A stretch of DNA of 64,000 nt, taken from positions 4,552-68,551 of the forward strand of contig JAQCBB010000001.1 in the NCBI GenBank assembly GCA_027621535.1, in the 5' to 3' direction. Shown one piece after another: positions 20,986-31,289 of this stretch. The notes under the pieces were generated by a model. The model saw only the letters and a program-made list of their open reading frames with translations, was not told the origin of the DNA and made no database searches. Source of the stretch: Pseudomonadota bacterium (GTDB lineage: Bacteria; Pseudomonadota; Gammaproteobacteria; Burkholderiales; Methylophilaceae). Both the position numbers and the translations under genes were made by a program. How positions within the stretch are numbered: position 1 is the stretch's first letter; every line of letters begins with the position of its first letter.

Positions 20986-21603
20986 GTGAAAAAAATAAGA
21001 ACAAAGAAAAATTGGATTACAGAACACCTTCGAGACGAATATGTGCAAAAGGCTCAACAGGATGGTTATCGTTCAAGAGCAGCCTACAAATTTCTGCAAA
21101 TTAATGCACAATATAAACTGGTCAAACCTAGTCATCGCGTTGTTGATTTGGGATCGGCACCAGGCAGCTGGTGTCAAGCAATAAGTTCACTTTTGTCACA
21201 AGCAGGAGAGATTTATGCAATTGATTTACTGCCTATGGATCCGGTAAAAAAAACTACATTCATTCAGGGGGACTTTAGGGATCCCAATATTCTATCCTTT
21301 TTAGAGAAAATTATAGAAAAAGATCCCGTTGACCTTGTTATATCAGATATGGCGCCCAATATTAGTGGTAACAAAGTTCGAGATCAAGCCCTGATAAATG
21401 ATTTAAATGAAATCACTTTAGATTTTGTTCAAGATTGGTTGAAACCAAAAGGAAATTTTGTGGTCAAGTCTTTCATGGGTGGAGGTTTCGATGAGTTTGT
21501 AATAAAACTCAAAAAGCATTTTAAGAGGGTAATTATAAAAAAACCCGATTCATCTCGGGACAGAAGCGCAGAAATATTTTTAATTGGGCTAGAAAAACTG
21601 TAA
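20986..21603 (+). CDS. rlmE: 23S rRNA (uridine2552-2'-O)-methyltransferase
   Basis: The product has W..EH..D.YVQKAQQDGYRSRAAYK, the SAM motif VVDLGSAPGSW, and DLVISDMAPN. GTG start. The gene lies upstream of ftsH. Confidence 0.9.
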   Translation: MKKIRTKKNWITEHLRDEYVQKAQQDGYRSRAAYKFLQINAQYKLVKPSHRVVDLGSAPGSWCQAISSLLSQAGEIYAIDLLPMDPVKKTTFIQGDFRDPNILSFLEKIIEKDPVDLVISDMAPNISGNKVRDQALINDLNEITLDFVQDWLKPKGNFVVKSFMGGGFDEFVIKLKKHFKRVIIKKPDSSRDRSAEIFLIGLEKL

Positions 21604-21644
21604 AATATTTTAAAATATTAATCATTTAAATTTAAGGAAAAATA

Positions 21645-23543
21645 TTGAATAACAACACTTTGAAGACAATTTTAGTTTGGTTATCGATCGGGGCGCTCAT
21701 GATGATGATTTTTAATCAATTTTCGCCGCCTAACCGTTTTGAAACTAAGCTAGTCTACTCACAATTCATGGAGCAGGTTAAATCTGGGAATATCTCTAAA
21801 GTAGAAATAGATGGACGAAATATCAACGGGATTACCTCTGATGGGAAAAGATTTTCCTCTTACTCACCCACTGACCCTTGGATGGTATCGGACTTATTAA
21901 AAAATAATGTCATAGTTGAGGCAAAACCTGAGGAAAAACAATCCATGCTCATGAGTTTATTTATTTCCTGGTTTCCTATGATTCTTTTGATTGGCGTTTG
22001 GATATTCTTTATGAAACAAATGCAAGGTGGCGGCAAAGGTGGCGGTCCTTTTTCATTTGGAAAAAGTAAAGCGCGACAACTCGATCAAGCGACAAATAAG
22101 ACGACATTTGCCGACGTAGCTGGGTGCGACGAAGCAAAAGAAGAGGTAAGTGAGCTAGTTGATTTTTTAAGGGACCCAAATCGCTTCCATAAACTTGGCG
22201 GACGCATTCCAAGGGGTGTGCTTATGATAGGCCCTCCCGGAACTGGTAAGACTCTTATAGCGCGAGCCATTGCTGGTGAGGCAAAAGTACCTTTTTATAC
22301 GATATCTGGATCAGACTTTGTGGAAATGTTTGTGGGTGTTGGTGCTGCGAGAGTCCGTGATATGTTTGAACAAGCTAAGAAAAATGCACCTTGTATTGTT
22401 TTTATTGATGAAATTGATGCAGTCGGAAGACATCGCGGTGCTGGAATGGGTGGAGGTAATGATGAGAGAGAGCAGACGTTAAATCAATTACTTGTTGAAA
22501 TGGATGGATTTGATGCAAATTCTGGAGTGATTGTGATTGCGGCTACCAACCGAGCTGATGTGTTGGATAAAGCCTTACTTCGACCTGGACGTTTTGATCG
22601 TCAAGTTGCAGTGTCATTACCAGATATTAAAGGACGAGAGCAAATCTTAAATGTTCACATGCGTAAAATACCGAGTGATGTGGATGTGAAGGCTGATATT
22701 ATTGCAAGAGGAACCCCTGGGTTTTCAGGAGCAGATTTAGCTAATCTTGTGAATGAGGCTGCCTTATTTGCTGCGCGTCATTCTCATAGAACGGTGACCA
22801 TGCAAGACTTTGAACATGCAAAAGATAAGATTTACATGGGCCCTGAGCGAAAATCACTTGTGATGCAAGAGGATGAACGAATCAATACGGCATATCATGA
22901 GTCCGGACATGCCATTGTTGCCAAATCTTTACCCAAAGCTGACCCCGTTCATAAAGTTACAATTATGCCTAGAGGTTGGGCGCTCGGGTTGACATGGCAG
23001 CTGCCCGAATTTGATCGCTTTAGTAACTTTAAGGATAAGATGCTTGAGGAAATTTCTATTCTCTTTGGGGGTAGGATAGCCGAAGAAGTATTTATGAAGC
23101 AAATGTCCACTGGAGCATCGAACGATTTTGAGCGAGCAACCAAGTTAGCTCGAGACATGGTCACAAAATATGGGATGTCTGATAAGCTCGGAACCATGGT
23201 TTATACTGATAATCAGAATGAATCTACGTTTGGAATGCCTTCAAAATCAATTTCTGAGGCGACACAACAGAAAGTGGATGCCGAAGTGAGACGAATTCTT
23301 GATGAACAGTATGCCGTAGCCCGAAAGATAATTGAAAAAAATAAGAAAAAAATTGAGGCGATGGCTAAAGCTCTTTTGGAGTTTGAAACGATTGATGCTG
23401 ATCAAATTAACGACATCATGGCAGGAAAAAAAATTAGAGCACCCAAGTCGAATCAAAATAATGATTCATCTGTCCCGACCCGAAAAGGATCAGGGTCTGG
23501 ACCTAATATAACTTCACCACAGCCATCTGCAAAAACAAAGTAA
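21645..23543 (+). CDS. ftsH: ATP-dependent zinc metalloprotease FtsH
   Basis: The product has an AAA Walker A (GPPGTGKT), the SRH, and the zinc motif HESGHAI. It is 632 aa. TTG start with the SD AAGGA 7 nt upstream. Confidence 0.95.
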   Translation: MNNNTLKTILVWLSIGALMMMIFNQFSPPNRFETKLVYSQFMEQVKSGNISKVEIDGRNINGITSDGKRFSSYSPTDPWMVSDLLKNNVIVEAKPEEKQSMLMSLFISWFPMILLIGVWIFFMKQMQGGGKGGGPFSFGKSKARQLDQATNKTTFADVAGCDEAKEEVSELVDFLRDPNRFHKLGGRIPRGVLMIGPPGTGKTLIARAIAGEAKVPFYTISGSDFVEMFVGVGAARVRDMFEQAKKNAPCIVFIDEIDAVGRHRGAGMGGGNDEREQTLNQLLVEMDGFDANSGVIVIAATNRADVLDKALLRPGRFDRQVAVSLPDIKGREQILNVHMRKIPSDVDVKADIIARGTPGFSGADLANLVNEAALFAARHSHRTVTMQDFEHAKDKIYMGPERKSLVMQEDERINTAYHESGHAIVAKSLPKADPVHKVTIMPRGWALGLTWQLPEFDRFSNFKDKMLEEISILFGGRIAEEVFMKQMSTGASNDFERATKLARDMVTKYGMSDKLGTMVYTDNQNESTFGMPSKSISEATQQKVDAEVRRILDEQYAVARKIIEKNKKKIEAMAKALLEFETIDADQINDIMAGKKIRAPKSNQNNDSSVPTRKGSGSGPNITSPQPSAKTK

Positions 23544-23573
23544 AATATAAGGTAGTTTAATTAACTGCCTTAT

Positions 23574-24383
23574 ATGACTTTAAAGCAATTCATCAAAAAT
23601 TCATCTCGCCCATTAGTTATGGGCGTTCTTAACGTCACTCCAGATTCTTTTTCAGATGGAGGTTATTTTCTTGATCCGCAAGATGCACTTGTTCAAGCAA
23701 AAAAAATGATAGATGAAGGCGCTGATATTATTGATATAGGTGGCGAATCATCGAGACCTGGGGCAAGCCCTGTTGCCCTGATGGAGGAATTAAATCGAAT
23801 TGGACCGCTCATAAAAGCTCTCAAAAAAAATACATCTGTTTATGTGTCGGTAGATACATACAAACCTAAAATTATGCAATTTGCCTTAGATGAAGGAGTA
23901 GATTTAATCAATGACATTAAGGCCTTGAGAGAGGAGGGCGCTATCAATCTGTTGGCAAAATATGAAAATGCCATGGTTTGCCTAATGCATATGCAAGGGA
24001 CTCCTGAGACAATGCAAGATAACCCAACCTACTCATTAGATATTGCTTTTGAGATTAAACAATTTTTATCCAATAGAGTTTTGGATTGTGAATCTAATGG
24101 AATTAAGGTGGAGAGAGTCATTGTTGACCCTGGTTTTGGATTCGGTAAAACTTTTCAGCATAATTGGGAAATTTATCAAAATATTGATACGATTGGGGAA
24201 TTACAACTTCCTATAATTATTGGTTTATCAAGAAAAAGTATGCTCAAAAAAATAATAGGCGAGAACTTAAAAAATTTAGATCAAGCAACTGGATTTTTTT
24301 CTTCATTGATAAATAGCAAATCCCCGTTAATTATTCGAACACATAATGTGCAGGTGACAAAAAGTTTTTTAGAAAGGCGATGA
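23574..24383 (+). CDS. folP: Dihydropteroate synthase
   Basis: The product has GVLNVTPDSFSDGG, DIGGESSRPG and DPGFGFGK. Confidence 0.92.
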   Translation: MTLKQFIKNSSRPLVMGVLNVTPDSFSDGGYFLDPQDALVQAKKMIDEGADIIDIGGESSRPGASPVALMEELNRIGPLIKALKKNTSVYVSVDTYKPKIMQFALDEGVDLINDIKALREEGAINLLAKYENAMVCLMHMQGTPETMQDNPTYSLDIAFEIKQFLSNRVLDCESNGIKVERVIVDPGFGFGKTFQHNWEIYQNIDTIGELQLPIIIGLSRKSMLKKIIGENLKNLDQATGFFSSLINSKSPLIIRTHNVQVTKSFLERR

Positions 24384-25720
24384 TGCGAAAATATTTTGGT
24401 ACAGATGGAATCCGCGGGAGAGCTGGAAAGTATCCAATTACCGTAGATTTTTTTACAAAACTTGGATTTGCTGCAGGCAAAGTTTTAACAAACCATAAAG
24501 AATTAACAGTAAAGCCTAAAGTCATTATTGGTAAAGATACTCGAGTATCAGGGTACATGTTGGAATCTGCCTTGGAAGCAGGTTTTTCAGCTGCAGGAGT
24601 CGATGTGTATTTAACAGGACCGATACCGACCCCTGCAATTGCCTACCTCACAAAGACTTTAAGAGCACAAATTGGGGTTGTGATTTCAGCGTCACATAAT
24701 CTTTATCATGATAACGGCATTAAGTTTTTTTCGAGCCAGGGTTTAAAATTAGATGATCAGATTGAGTTGGAAATTGAAAAAACCATCGATTCAATTGAAA
24801 ATTTGGATTCAGAGACAATCGGTAAAGCAAAACGGATTGATGATGCTCAAGGGCGCTATTTAGAGTTTTGTAAAAATACTTTCTCAAAGAATCTATCTCT
24901 CAGTGGAGTCAAAATTGTGCTGGATTGCTCCCATGGGGCAACATATCAGGTCGCTCCAAAGTTATTTAGTGAATTGGGAGCCGATGTTCTTTCAATCGGC
25001 ATTCAACCCAATGGGACCAATATCAATGAACATTGTGGATCAACCTCATTAGACCTTTTAAGCTTGACGGTCAAAGAATCCAAAGCACATCTGGGCATTG
25101 CTTTTGATGGCGATGGAGATCGAGTGCTTATGGTGAATTCCAAAGGTGAAAAAGTAGATGGCGATCAACTTCTTTTTATTATCGTTCGTGCGGCTATGAC
25201 TCACAAAACTTTCTCCGGCGGCGTGATTGGAACCCTGATGACGAATTTGGCCCTTGAAGAAAAATTTAAAAAACTCAACATAGACTTTCAACGCTCGGAT
25301 GTTGGAGATCGTTATGTATCAGAATTGATGCAAGCAAACAATTGGAAGTATGGTGGAGAAAATTCAGGACACATCCTGTTAAAAGATTTTCATACAACCG
25401 GTGACGGCATTATATCCGCATTGCAGGTCTTGCAAGCAATTCAGGAAAGACAGCTAAGTTTTGACATGGCGGTAGAGGAAATAAAGCTATACCCCCAAGT
25501 ATTATTCAATGTTCCTCTAGAAAATGATGTAGATTTAGAGAGTCAGGAAATTAAACAGTCAATTCTTCAAGCTGAAAGAATTATGAATCAAGATGGCCGA
25601 GTCTTATTAAGAAAGTCAGGCACAGAAGCGGTCATTCGTATTATGACTGAAGCTAAAAATAAAGAGCTTGCCATAAAGGCTGCTGAGTGTATCCAGCAGA
25701 TCATCTTAAAGAAGCATTAA
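24380..25720 (+). CDS. glmM: Phosphoglucosamine mutase
   Basis: The product has YFGTDGIRG, the active-site block SASHN and GENSGH, and is 446 aa. It completes the ftsH-folP-glmM order. Confidence 0.93.
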   Translation: MMRKYFGTDGIRGRAGKYPITVDFFTKLGFAAGKVLTNHKELTVKPKVIIGKDTRVSGYMLESALEAGFSAAGVDVYLTGPIPTPAIAYLTKTLRAQIGVVISASHNLYHDNGIKFFSSQGLKLDDQIELEIEKTIDSIENLDSETIGKAKRIDDAQGRYLEFCKNTFSKNLSLSGVKIVLDCSHGATYQVAPKLFSELGADVLSIGIQPNGTNINEHCGSTSLDLLSLTVKESKAHLGIAFDGDGDRVLMVNSKGEKVDGDQLLFIIVRAAMTHKTFSGGVIGTLMTNLALEEKFKKLNIDFQRSDVGDRYVSELMQANNWKYGGENSGHILLKDFHTTGDGIISALQVLQAIQERQLSFDMAVEEIKLYPQVLFNVPLENDVDLESQEIKQSILQAERIMNQDGRVLLRKSGTEAVIRIMTEAKNKELAIKAAECIQQIILKKH

Positions 25721-27450
25721 GACTTTAATTGATTGCGAATGAATGTAAATTCCTGATGCCAGTTTTTAGCGTTACTTTGATGCACAATTTGCACGCTTGG
25801 ATACCACAACGATCGATTGGTTGGACTGCACCAGTAATGAAACTGCTTTACCCCTTTGGCACTTAATAAGAAAGTAGATTTATTTAACGCACCAGCGATA
25901 TGTGCATTGATATTTGATGAGGTGACAATATAATCACAACAATCGATTAGTGCACAAGTGGCCTCAAGATCATTAAATAAATCAAAATCATGTTGATGTT
26001 TTATATTCATAGCCTCCAAAGCTTTTTTTTCTTTACCTGTAATTTGATATTGAAGATTAACCAGCTCAAATTGACCATTAGCGAGTGGCTCAAATTCACT
26101 TAAATTGATATTTTTTTCTTCACCTGCATTACTCCGCCAACTCATGCCTATTAAAGGTAAATGTGTTTTTAATTGAAATTTATCTTTGATCTTTTTATCA
26201 GCCACGATGGATTGATTAAGGGCTGGAAACGAATTATGACTAGATCTAAAAAACCGTCCCAGACTAGCAACTGGAATATGGAATTCAAAAAAATCATCAT
26301 CAGTAATATCATCCATTGATAGAACTTGAATGGACCTAAATGAGCGTTGAAATAGAGTTAAAATCTTATGATTGAGGCATGCGTAATAAATTTTTTGGCA
26401 ATAGCCCGCTAAACCGTTAAGCATGCTTGAATAGAGAATCTCATCGCCAATACCTTGCTCACCCCAAACAAGAATGGATGCGCATTTTTCCCCGTTCCAT
26501 CGAGGTTTTTTTGTGTTAATTAATTTTTTCTTAAAAGAGTCAATCTCCCACCTGGACTCATAATTTGACCATCCGTTATTAAAATCTTGTGTTTTGAGTT
26601 GGGCAAGACCAAGGTTGTGTGAGTTAGCAGGATTATGGTCAAGCTGTTGAGATTTTTGATAATACTTAATGGCCTCATCTAATTGGTTTGTTTCTTCAAA
26701 TATAAGGCCTAAATTATTTAAAGTCAGTGGGATATTTGGATTTAATTCTAAAGCTTTGATCAGGGTATTTTTAGCATGAGTGTGATCTTTTTTATTTTTG
26801 TAAGTAATTGCTAAGTTATTTAATACTTCGATATTTTGTGGTTCCAATTCTAAGGATTGATTAAAAAGTTTTAATGCATGAGGGTAATTTTTTAATCCAT
26901 GTTCAATCAGACCAAAAAGGTTATATGTATTTGCGGATTGATCTAATTTGATTAACTCTTGAATATCTAATAAGGCTGCTTCATAAAAACCCAGAGTTTC
27001 AAGAATATTGGCTCGATTATATAAACTGTCTTGATGCTTTGGGTCTAATTCCAAGGACTTGGACAAATGCTTTAACGCACTTTTATAATCTTTTTTTTGT
27101 TCCTGAATAATAGAGAGGTTGTAATGCACTTCAATTTGGTCTGGATCAAGCAGGTTAGATTGGCTAAGCCAGCTTAACCCATCATCAAGTTTGTTGAGTT
27201 GTAATGCTATCAGACCTGCAAGATTAAGAAAAAGAGTATATTTGGAGTCAATGATTTGAAGGCAATACGGGGTGAGTTTGTTATAAGCCTCTTCTAACTT
27301 ATTGTGTGCACACAGATCTTGAACTTCTCCCCAAAGCTCGGAGAGTTCTTGTTCTAAGAAATGAGGGTTAACCAAACTTTCCTGTGATGTAATCTTCGGT
27401 TTCCTTTTTCGAAGGGTTGGTGAAAATAATATCTGTTTCATCAAATTCAA
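25717..27450 (-). CDS. TPR-repeat protein with C-terminal GT9-like (heptosyltransferase-fold) glycosyltransferase domain
   Basis: There are about 8 TPR units in the N-terminal half (e.g. [26 protein letters not shown]). The C-terminal half has [15 protein letters not shown] and [18 protein letters not shown], which resemble GT9 motifs. The start is uncertain: the maximal ORF opens at TTG 27450, an ATG is at 27441, and TTG 27375 has an AGGAAAG SD and overlaps the pstB stop by 8 nt. Confidence 0.6.
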   Translation of the reverse strand: MNLMKQILFSPTLRKRKPKITSQESLVNPHFLEQELSELWGEVQDLCAHNKLEEAYNKLTPYCLQIIDSKYTLFLNLAGLIALQLNKLDDGLSWLSQSNLLDPDQIEVHYNLSIIQEQKKDYKSALKHLSKSLELDPKHQDSLYNRANILETLGFYEAALLDIQELIKLDQSANTYNLFGLIEHGLKNYPHALKLFNQSLELEPQNIEVLNNLAITYKNKKDHTHAKNTLIKALELNPNIPLTLNNLGLIFEETNQLDEAIKYYQKSQQLDHNPANSHNLGLAQLKTQDFNNGWSNYESRWEIDSFKKKLINTKKPRWNGEKCASILVWGEQGIGDEILYSSMLNGLAGYCQKIYYACLNHKILTLFQRSFRSIQVLSMDDITDDDFFEFHIPVASLGRFFRSSHNSFPALNQSIVADKKIKDKFQLKTHLPLIGMSWRSNAGEEKNINLSEFEPLANGQFELVNLQYQITGKEKKALEAMNIKHQHDFDLFNDLEATCALIDCCDYIVTSSNINAHIAGALNKSTFLLSAKGVKQFHYWCSPTNRSLWYPSVQIVHQSNAKNWHQEFTFIRNQLKS

Positions 27451-28147
27451 TCATTTTCCCGAGGTACATGTAGGCCGTGTAATCTGAAATCCGAGCGGCT
27501 TGCTGCATGTTGTGAGTGACAATTAAAATGGTTAGTTTTTTCTTTAATTCACTCATTAACTCTTCAATATTAACGGTGGCGATCGGGTCCAGTGCTGAAG
27601 TTGGTTCATCAAATAACATGATTTCAGGATCTGTAGCGAGAGCTCTGGCTATACACAACCTTTGCTGCTGCCCCCCTGAAAGGTTAAATGCGAGATCGGG
27701 TAGGCGATCTTTAACTTCATTCCACAGTGACGCTCCCTTGAGAGCTTCCTCAACCTTATCGTCGAGCATGCGTTTGTTATTTTCACCTCTGACTCTTAGT
27801 CCATAGGCAACATTCTCATAAATTGACTTAGGGAAAGGGTTGGGTTTCTGAAAAACCATGCTTATTCGCATACGAACCTCAATTGCATCCACTTTTTTGT
27901 CAAGAATGTTTGTGTCGTCAGGATTTAAGATAATCTTCCCTTGGTACTTATTTCCAGGATAAAGATCATGCATTCGATTAAATGACCTAAGAAAAGTTGA
28001 TTTTCCGCAACCTGATGGACCGATTAATGCTGTAATTCTTTTTTCGTACAAAGGAACATTAATATCTTTGAGTGCATGGGTTCCGTCTGCGTAAAAAAAA
28101 TTAAAATTTCTGGATTCAGCTTTTATTATTTCTTGTTTTTTTACCAT
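27368..28147 (-). CDS. pstB: Phosphate ABC transporter ATP-binding protein
   Basis: The product has Walker [24 protein letters not shown], and the PstB-typical C-terminus [10 protein letters not shown]. Confidence 0.95.
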   Translation of the reverse strand: MVKKQEIIKAESRNFNFFYADGTHALKDINVPLYEKRITALIGPSGCGKSTFLRSFNRMHDLYPGNKYQGKIILNPDDTNILDKKVDAIEVRMRISMVFQKPNPFPKSIYENVAYGLRVRGENNKRMLDDKVEEALKGASLWNEVKDRLPDLAFNLSGGQQQRLCIARALATDPEIMLFDEPTSALDPIATVNIEELMSELKKKLTILIVTHNMQQAARISDYTAYMYLGKMIEFDETDIIFTNPSKKETEDYITGKFG

Positions 28148-28157
28148 AGTGTCATTC

Positions 28158-29099
28158 CTACCATTTGATTTTTTTTCTGATGTTATAACGCAATTTAATC
28201 GCTACACCGTTCATTAATAAGGTGAGCATAATGATTACAGCTCCAGTTGCAGCAGCATTGATGTGAAATGCATGTTCAGGGCGTGAGATCCAATTAAACA
28301 TTTGAATGGGAAGAACTGTAAAGCCTGCATCGAGCCAATCAAAATTTATAAAAGGTGCCACTTCAGTCACCGGTGAGGGTGGTAAGAACGCAATGAAGGT
28401 GAGCGCGCCAATGGTAATCACCGGGGCGGTTTCACCAATAGCTCGGGCCATGCCGATAATAATTCCGGTTAATACTCCACCCATGGCGTATTGAATAACG
28501 TGATGCCATGTGACTTGCCATTTGGTTGCACCAACAGCGAATGCAGCTTCTCTGATGTGTACCGGAATTCCACGAATCGCCTCTCGGGTGGACACAATGA
28601 CAATAGGAAGCATGAGTAATGACAATGTCAGACCTGCTGTTAATATACTTTGCCCCATACCAAACTCATAAACAAACAAACCCAGGGCAAGTAAGCCATA
28701 AATAATTGAGGGCACGCCTGCGAGATTAGACACATTGATTTCAATGAGGTCAGCAAACCAACCTTTTTTTGCATACTCCTCAAGATAAATGCCTGCAGCA
28801 ACTCCGATCGGCACGGCCACAAAAAAAGTCACAAATAAAACCAGAGCGGAACCCATCCAAGCAGAGAGTATGCCAGCCATTTCAGGTTTTCTGGATGGGA
28901 AATTAGAAAAGAATTCTAAATTAATTTTTGGATAACCGTTAATTAACAAATCTAAAAATAAAACAAGCAGAGCGACAGCCAACGAAGCAATCACAAAAAA
29001 CCCGATGCCTGCAAAAATATGATCGTTTTTTTTATGTTTTATGATTAATGCGCGAATTAGATCCAGGTTTTTATTTTCAGGAAGATTATTTTTTTTCAT
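28158..29099 (-). CDS. pstA: Phosphate ABC transporter permease PstA
   Basis: A 313-aa polytopic permease with the EAA-type loop ([13 protein letters not shown]), lying between pstC and pstB. Confidence 0.9.
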   Translation of the reverse strand: MKKNNLPENKNLDLIRALIIKHKKNDHIFAGIGFFVIASLAVALLVLFLDLLINGYPKINLEFFSNFPSRKPEMAGILSAWMGSALVLFVTFFVAVPIGVAAGIYLEEYAKKGWFADLIEINVSNLAGVPSIIYGLLALGLFVYEFGMGQSILTAGLTLSLLMLPIVIVSTREAIRGIPVHIREAAFAVGATKWQVTWHHVIQYAMGGVLTGIIIGMARAIGETAPVITIGALTFIAFLPPSPVTEVAPFINFDWLDAGFTVLPIQMFNWISRPEHAFHINAAATGAVIIMLTLLMNGVAIKLRYNIRKKIKW

Positions 29100-29102
29100 C
29101 GA

Positions 29103-30026
29103 CTAATACCTCTCCGAAAATTTATTACGAGTCCATTGACCCAGAATATTTAACGATAACGTCATTATAAATAACACCATCCCAGCGGCGAATATACTTT
29201 GATAGCCAATGCCACCGTGTTCAAGATCACCCAGTGCTACAGAAACGATGTAAGCGGTTATGGTCGCTGCACTCTCAATCGGATTAAAGGTGAAGTTGGG
29301 TTGTTGACCGGCAGCAATCGCTACAATCATTGTTTCTCCGATGCCGCGACTGATGGCTAGGATGTAAGCCGCAATAATGCCGGATAAGGCTGCCGGCATT
29401 ACCACACTCACGGCTGTTTGAAAACGTGTAGCGCCCATAGCATAGGAGCCTTCTCGCATCGCCATGGGGACCGCGCGCATAGAATCTTCGGCCACTGAGG
29501 CAATGTAAGGGACAATCATAATCCCCATCACAATCCCTGGACCCAGCATGTTAAATGAAGCAAGGTCTGGAATAATTTTTTGCAACAAGGGAGTAACCAA
29601 TAACAGTGCAAAGTAGCCAAACACAACTGTAGGCACCCCGACTAAGAGTTCAAGAACGGGTTTAACAGTTTCTTTTACCTTATGGGAGGCAAACTCGGAT
29701 AAATACACGGCCGTGATGGTTCCCAAAGGAATCGCCACTATCAGGGCAATTCCAGTAATGGTTACTGTTCCAGCAACTAAGGGCAAAATACCGTAATTTT
29801 TTATTTCAAAATTTGGGGTCCAGATGGTGGATGTTAAAAATTCTTTTAATGATACGGAATCAAAAAATGGAATTGATTCTGAGACCAAGATATACACAAT
29901 ACCAAAAGTAACCAGAATAGCGATGAGCCCAGAGAACATTAATGCCCACTCGATTAATCTTTCAACAAAATTGCGTCTTATATTTTTTTTCAGCGCTTTA
30001 CTAATTGTAGGTTTTACGTTGGACAT
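29103..30026 (-). CDS. pstC: Phosphate ABC transporter permease PstC
   Basis: A 307-aa permease with the EAA-type loop (REGSYAMGATRFQT), lying downstream of pstS. Confidence 0.9.
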   Translation of the reverse strand: MSNVKPTISKALKKNIRRNFVERLIEWALMFSGLIAILVTFGIVYILVSESIPFFDSVSLKEFLTSTIWTPNFEIKNYGILPLVAGTVTITGIALIVAIPLGTITAVYLSEFASHKVKETVKPVLELLVGVPTVVFGYFALLLVTPLLQKIIPDLASFNMLGPGIVMGIMIVPYIASVAEDSMRAVPMAMREGSYAMGATRFQTAVSVVMPAALSGIIAAYILAISRGIGETMIVAIAAGQQPNFTFNPIESAATITAYIVSVALGDLEHGGIGYQSIFAAGMVLFIMTLSLNILGQWTRNKFSERY

Positions 30027-30085
30027 AATTTTATAAATAGAATTATTGCAGACAATTATTACATAGTTTACTGATGTTATGATCT

Positions 30086-30115
30086 AAAAAAAGGGGGACA
30101 TACCCCCTTTTTTTT
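30086..30115 (-). terminator. Intercistronic stem-loop between pstS and pstC (A7-GGGGG-ACATA-CCCCC-T8)
   Basis: GGGGG 30093-30097 pairs with CCCCC 30103-30107, and the stem can be extended by flanking A and T runs. On the minus strand it is followed by a U-run, so it could act as a partial terminator or mRNA stabiliser after pstS. Confidence 0.5.
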
Positions 30116-30139
30116 GATCTTCAGACTACAAACAAAAAA

Positions 30140-31132
30140 CTAGTCAGTTGCTTTGTCAAGAATTTCTTTCACTGACAGGCCAATCGCTGGACCGTCCTTA
30201 AAAGCTGTTCCTGTTTTCAGAGTTTTATAATGCGCAATAATGGCATCATATTCTTCTTTAGAGAATGGGATATAACCCACTTCTTTTGAGTACTTTCCTG
30301 CATTTGCGAGATAAAATTCAACAAATTTCTTTACCTTTGGATCAAAAGCAGCTTTTGAAGCGTTTAAGTAAATAAATAATGGTCTTGAAAGTGGATTATA
30401 TGTACCATCCATTACAGTGTCTACTGAAGGAGGAACAAATTTTCCTTCTTTATTTTTGATGTTCACAGCTCCTAATTTATCTTTGTTTTCTGCATAGTAA
30501 GCTAGACCAAAGTAGCCAATACCGCCTTTATCACCAGCCACACCTTGCACTAAGATGTTGTCATCTTCAGAAGCAGTAAAATCACCACGCATGGACTTTT
30601 CTTTTTTAACAATAGCTTCGGTAAAGTAGTCAAAGGTACCGGAATCTGCACCTGGGCCATACAATTTTAGCGGAAGACTTGGGAATCCTTCGCGAACTTG
30701 GCTCCAGTTCATTATTTTACCTTGAGCTTCTGGGCCCCACATCTTTTTAAGTTCTTCAGGGCTCATCTCTTTAGCCCAGTCATTGTCTTTGTTTACCACC
30801 ACAGTAAGCGCGTCAAATGCAACTGGAATTTCGATAAATGAAATACCCGCGTCTGCACACATTTTACTTTCTTTAGCTTTAATTGGGCGAGATGCGTCAG
30901 AGATTACGGTTTCACCTCTACAGAATTTTTTGAAACCACCACCTGTTCCTGATACGCCCACAGTAACTTTAATTCCAGTTTCTTTTTGGAATTCTTCTGC
31001 GACCGCTTCAGTAATGGGGTAAACGGTTGATGAACCATCAATTTTAACAATATCGACTGCTGCAAACGCTGATGTCGTGATTGCAGATGTTGCAAGTGTA
31101 GCTATAACAGCTTTTTTAAGGGTTAGTACCAT
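30140..31132 (-). CDS. pstS: Periplasmic phosphate-binding protein PstS
   Basis: The product has a Sec signal ([12 protein letters not shown]) and the PBP motifs [16 protein letters not shown] and [12 protein letters not shown] strong SD (AGGAGG) precedes the start. Confidence 0.88.
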   Translation of the reverse strand: MVLTLKKAVIATLATSAITTSAFAAVDIVKIDGSSTVYPITEAVAEEFQKETGIKVTVGVSGTGGGFKKFCRGETVISDASRPIKAKESKMCADAGISFIEIPVAFDALTVVVNKDNDWAKEMSPEELKKMWGPEAQGKIMNWSQVREGFPSLPLKLYGPGADSGTFDYFTEAIVKKEKSMRGDFTASEDDNILVQGVAGDKGGIGYFGLAYYAENKDKLGAVNIKNKEGKFVPPSVDTVMDGTYNPLSRPLFIYLNASKAAFDPKVKKFVEFYLANAGKYSKEVGYIPFSKEEYDAIIAHYKTLKTGTAFKDGPAIGLSVKEILDKATD

Positions 31133-31171
31133 TCGGTCCTCCTGAATTAGGGTTGAAAAATAACAAAACTG

Positions 31172-31205
31172 ATTATATTTTTAAATTATGTCATATTTGT
31201 GACAA
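31172..31205 (-). promoter_or_regulatory. Pho box plus -10 hexamer upstream of pstS
   Basis: The minus strand reads TTGTCAC-AAAT-ATGACAT (31205-31188), then 10 nt, then TATAAT (31177-31172). This is the canonical 7-4-7 Pho box placed 10 bp upstream of the -10. Confidence 0.55.
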
Positions 31206-31262
31206 ATCTCCCTTTACTAAAAAACAAGTTAAAATAATGCAAATTAATTATCAGACATATTT

Positions 31263-31284
31263 ATTACAATAAAATTACAATAAA
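31263..31284 (+). repeat. 2 x 11-bp perfect tandem repeat (ATTACAATAAA) just upstream of the prfB start
   Basis: Read directly: 31263-31273 equals 31274-31284. The prfB ATG is at 31290. Confidence 0.85.
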
Positions 31285-31289
31285 TCATT

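Noticed and set aside
27516-27806. A 96-codon ORF antisense to pstB
   Set aside because: This is the classic shadow ORF opposite a GC-richer ABC-ATPase gene. pstB itself has every canonical motif.
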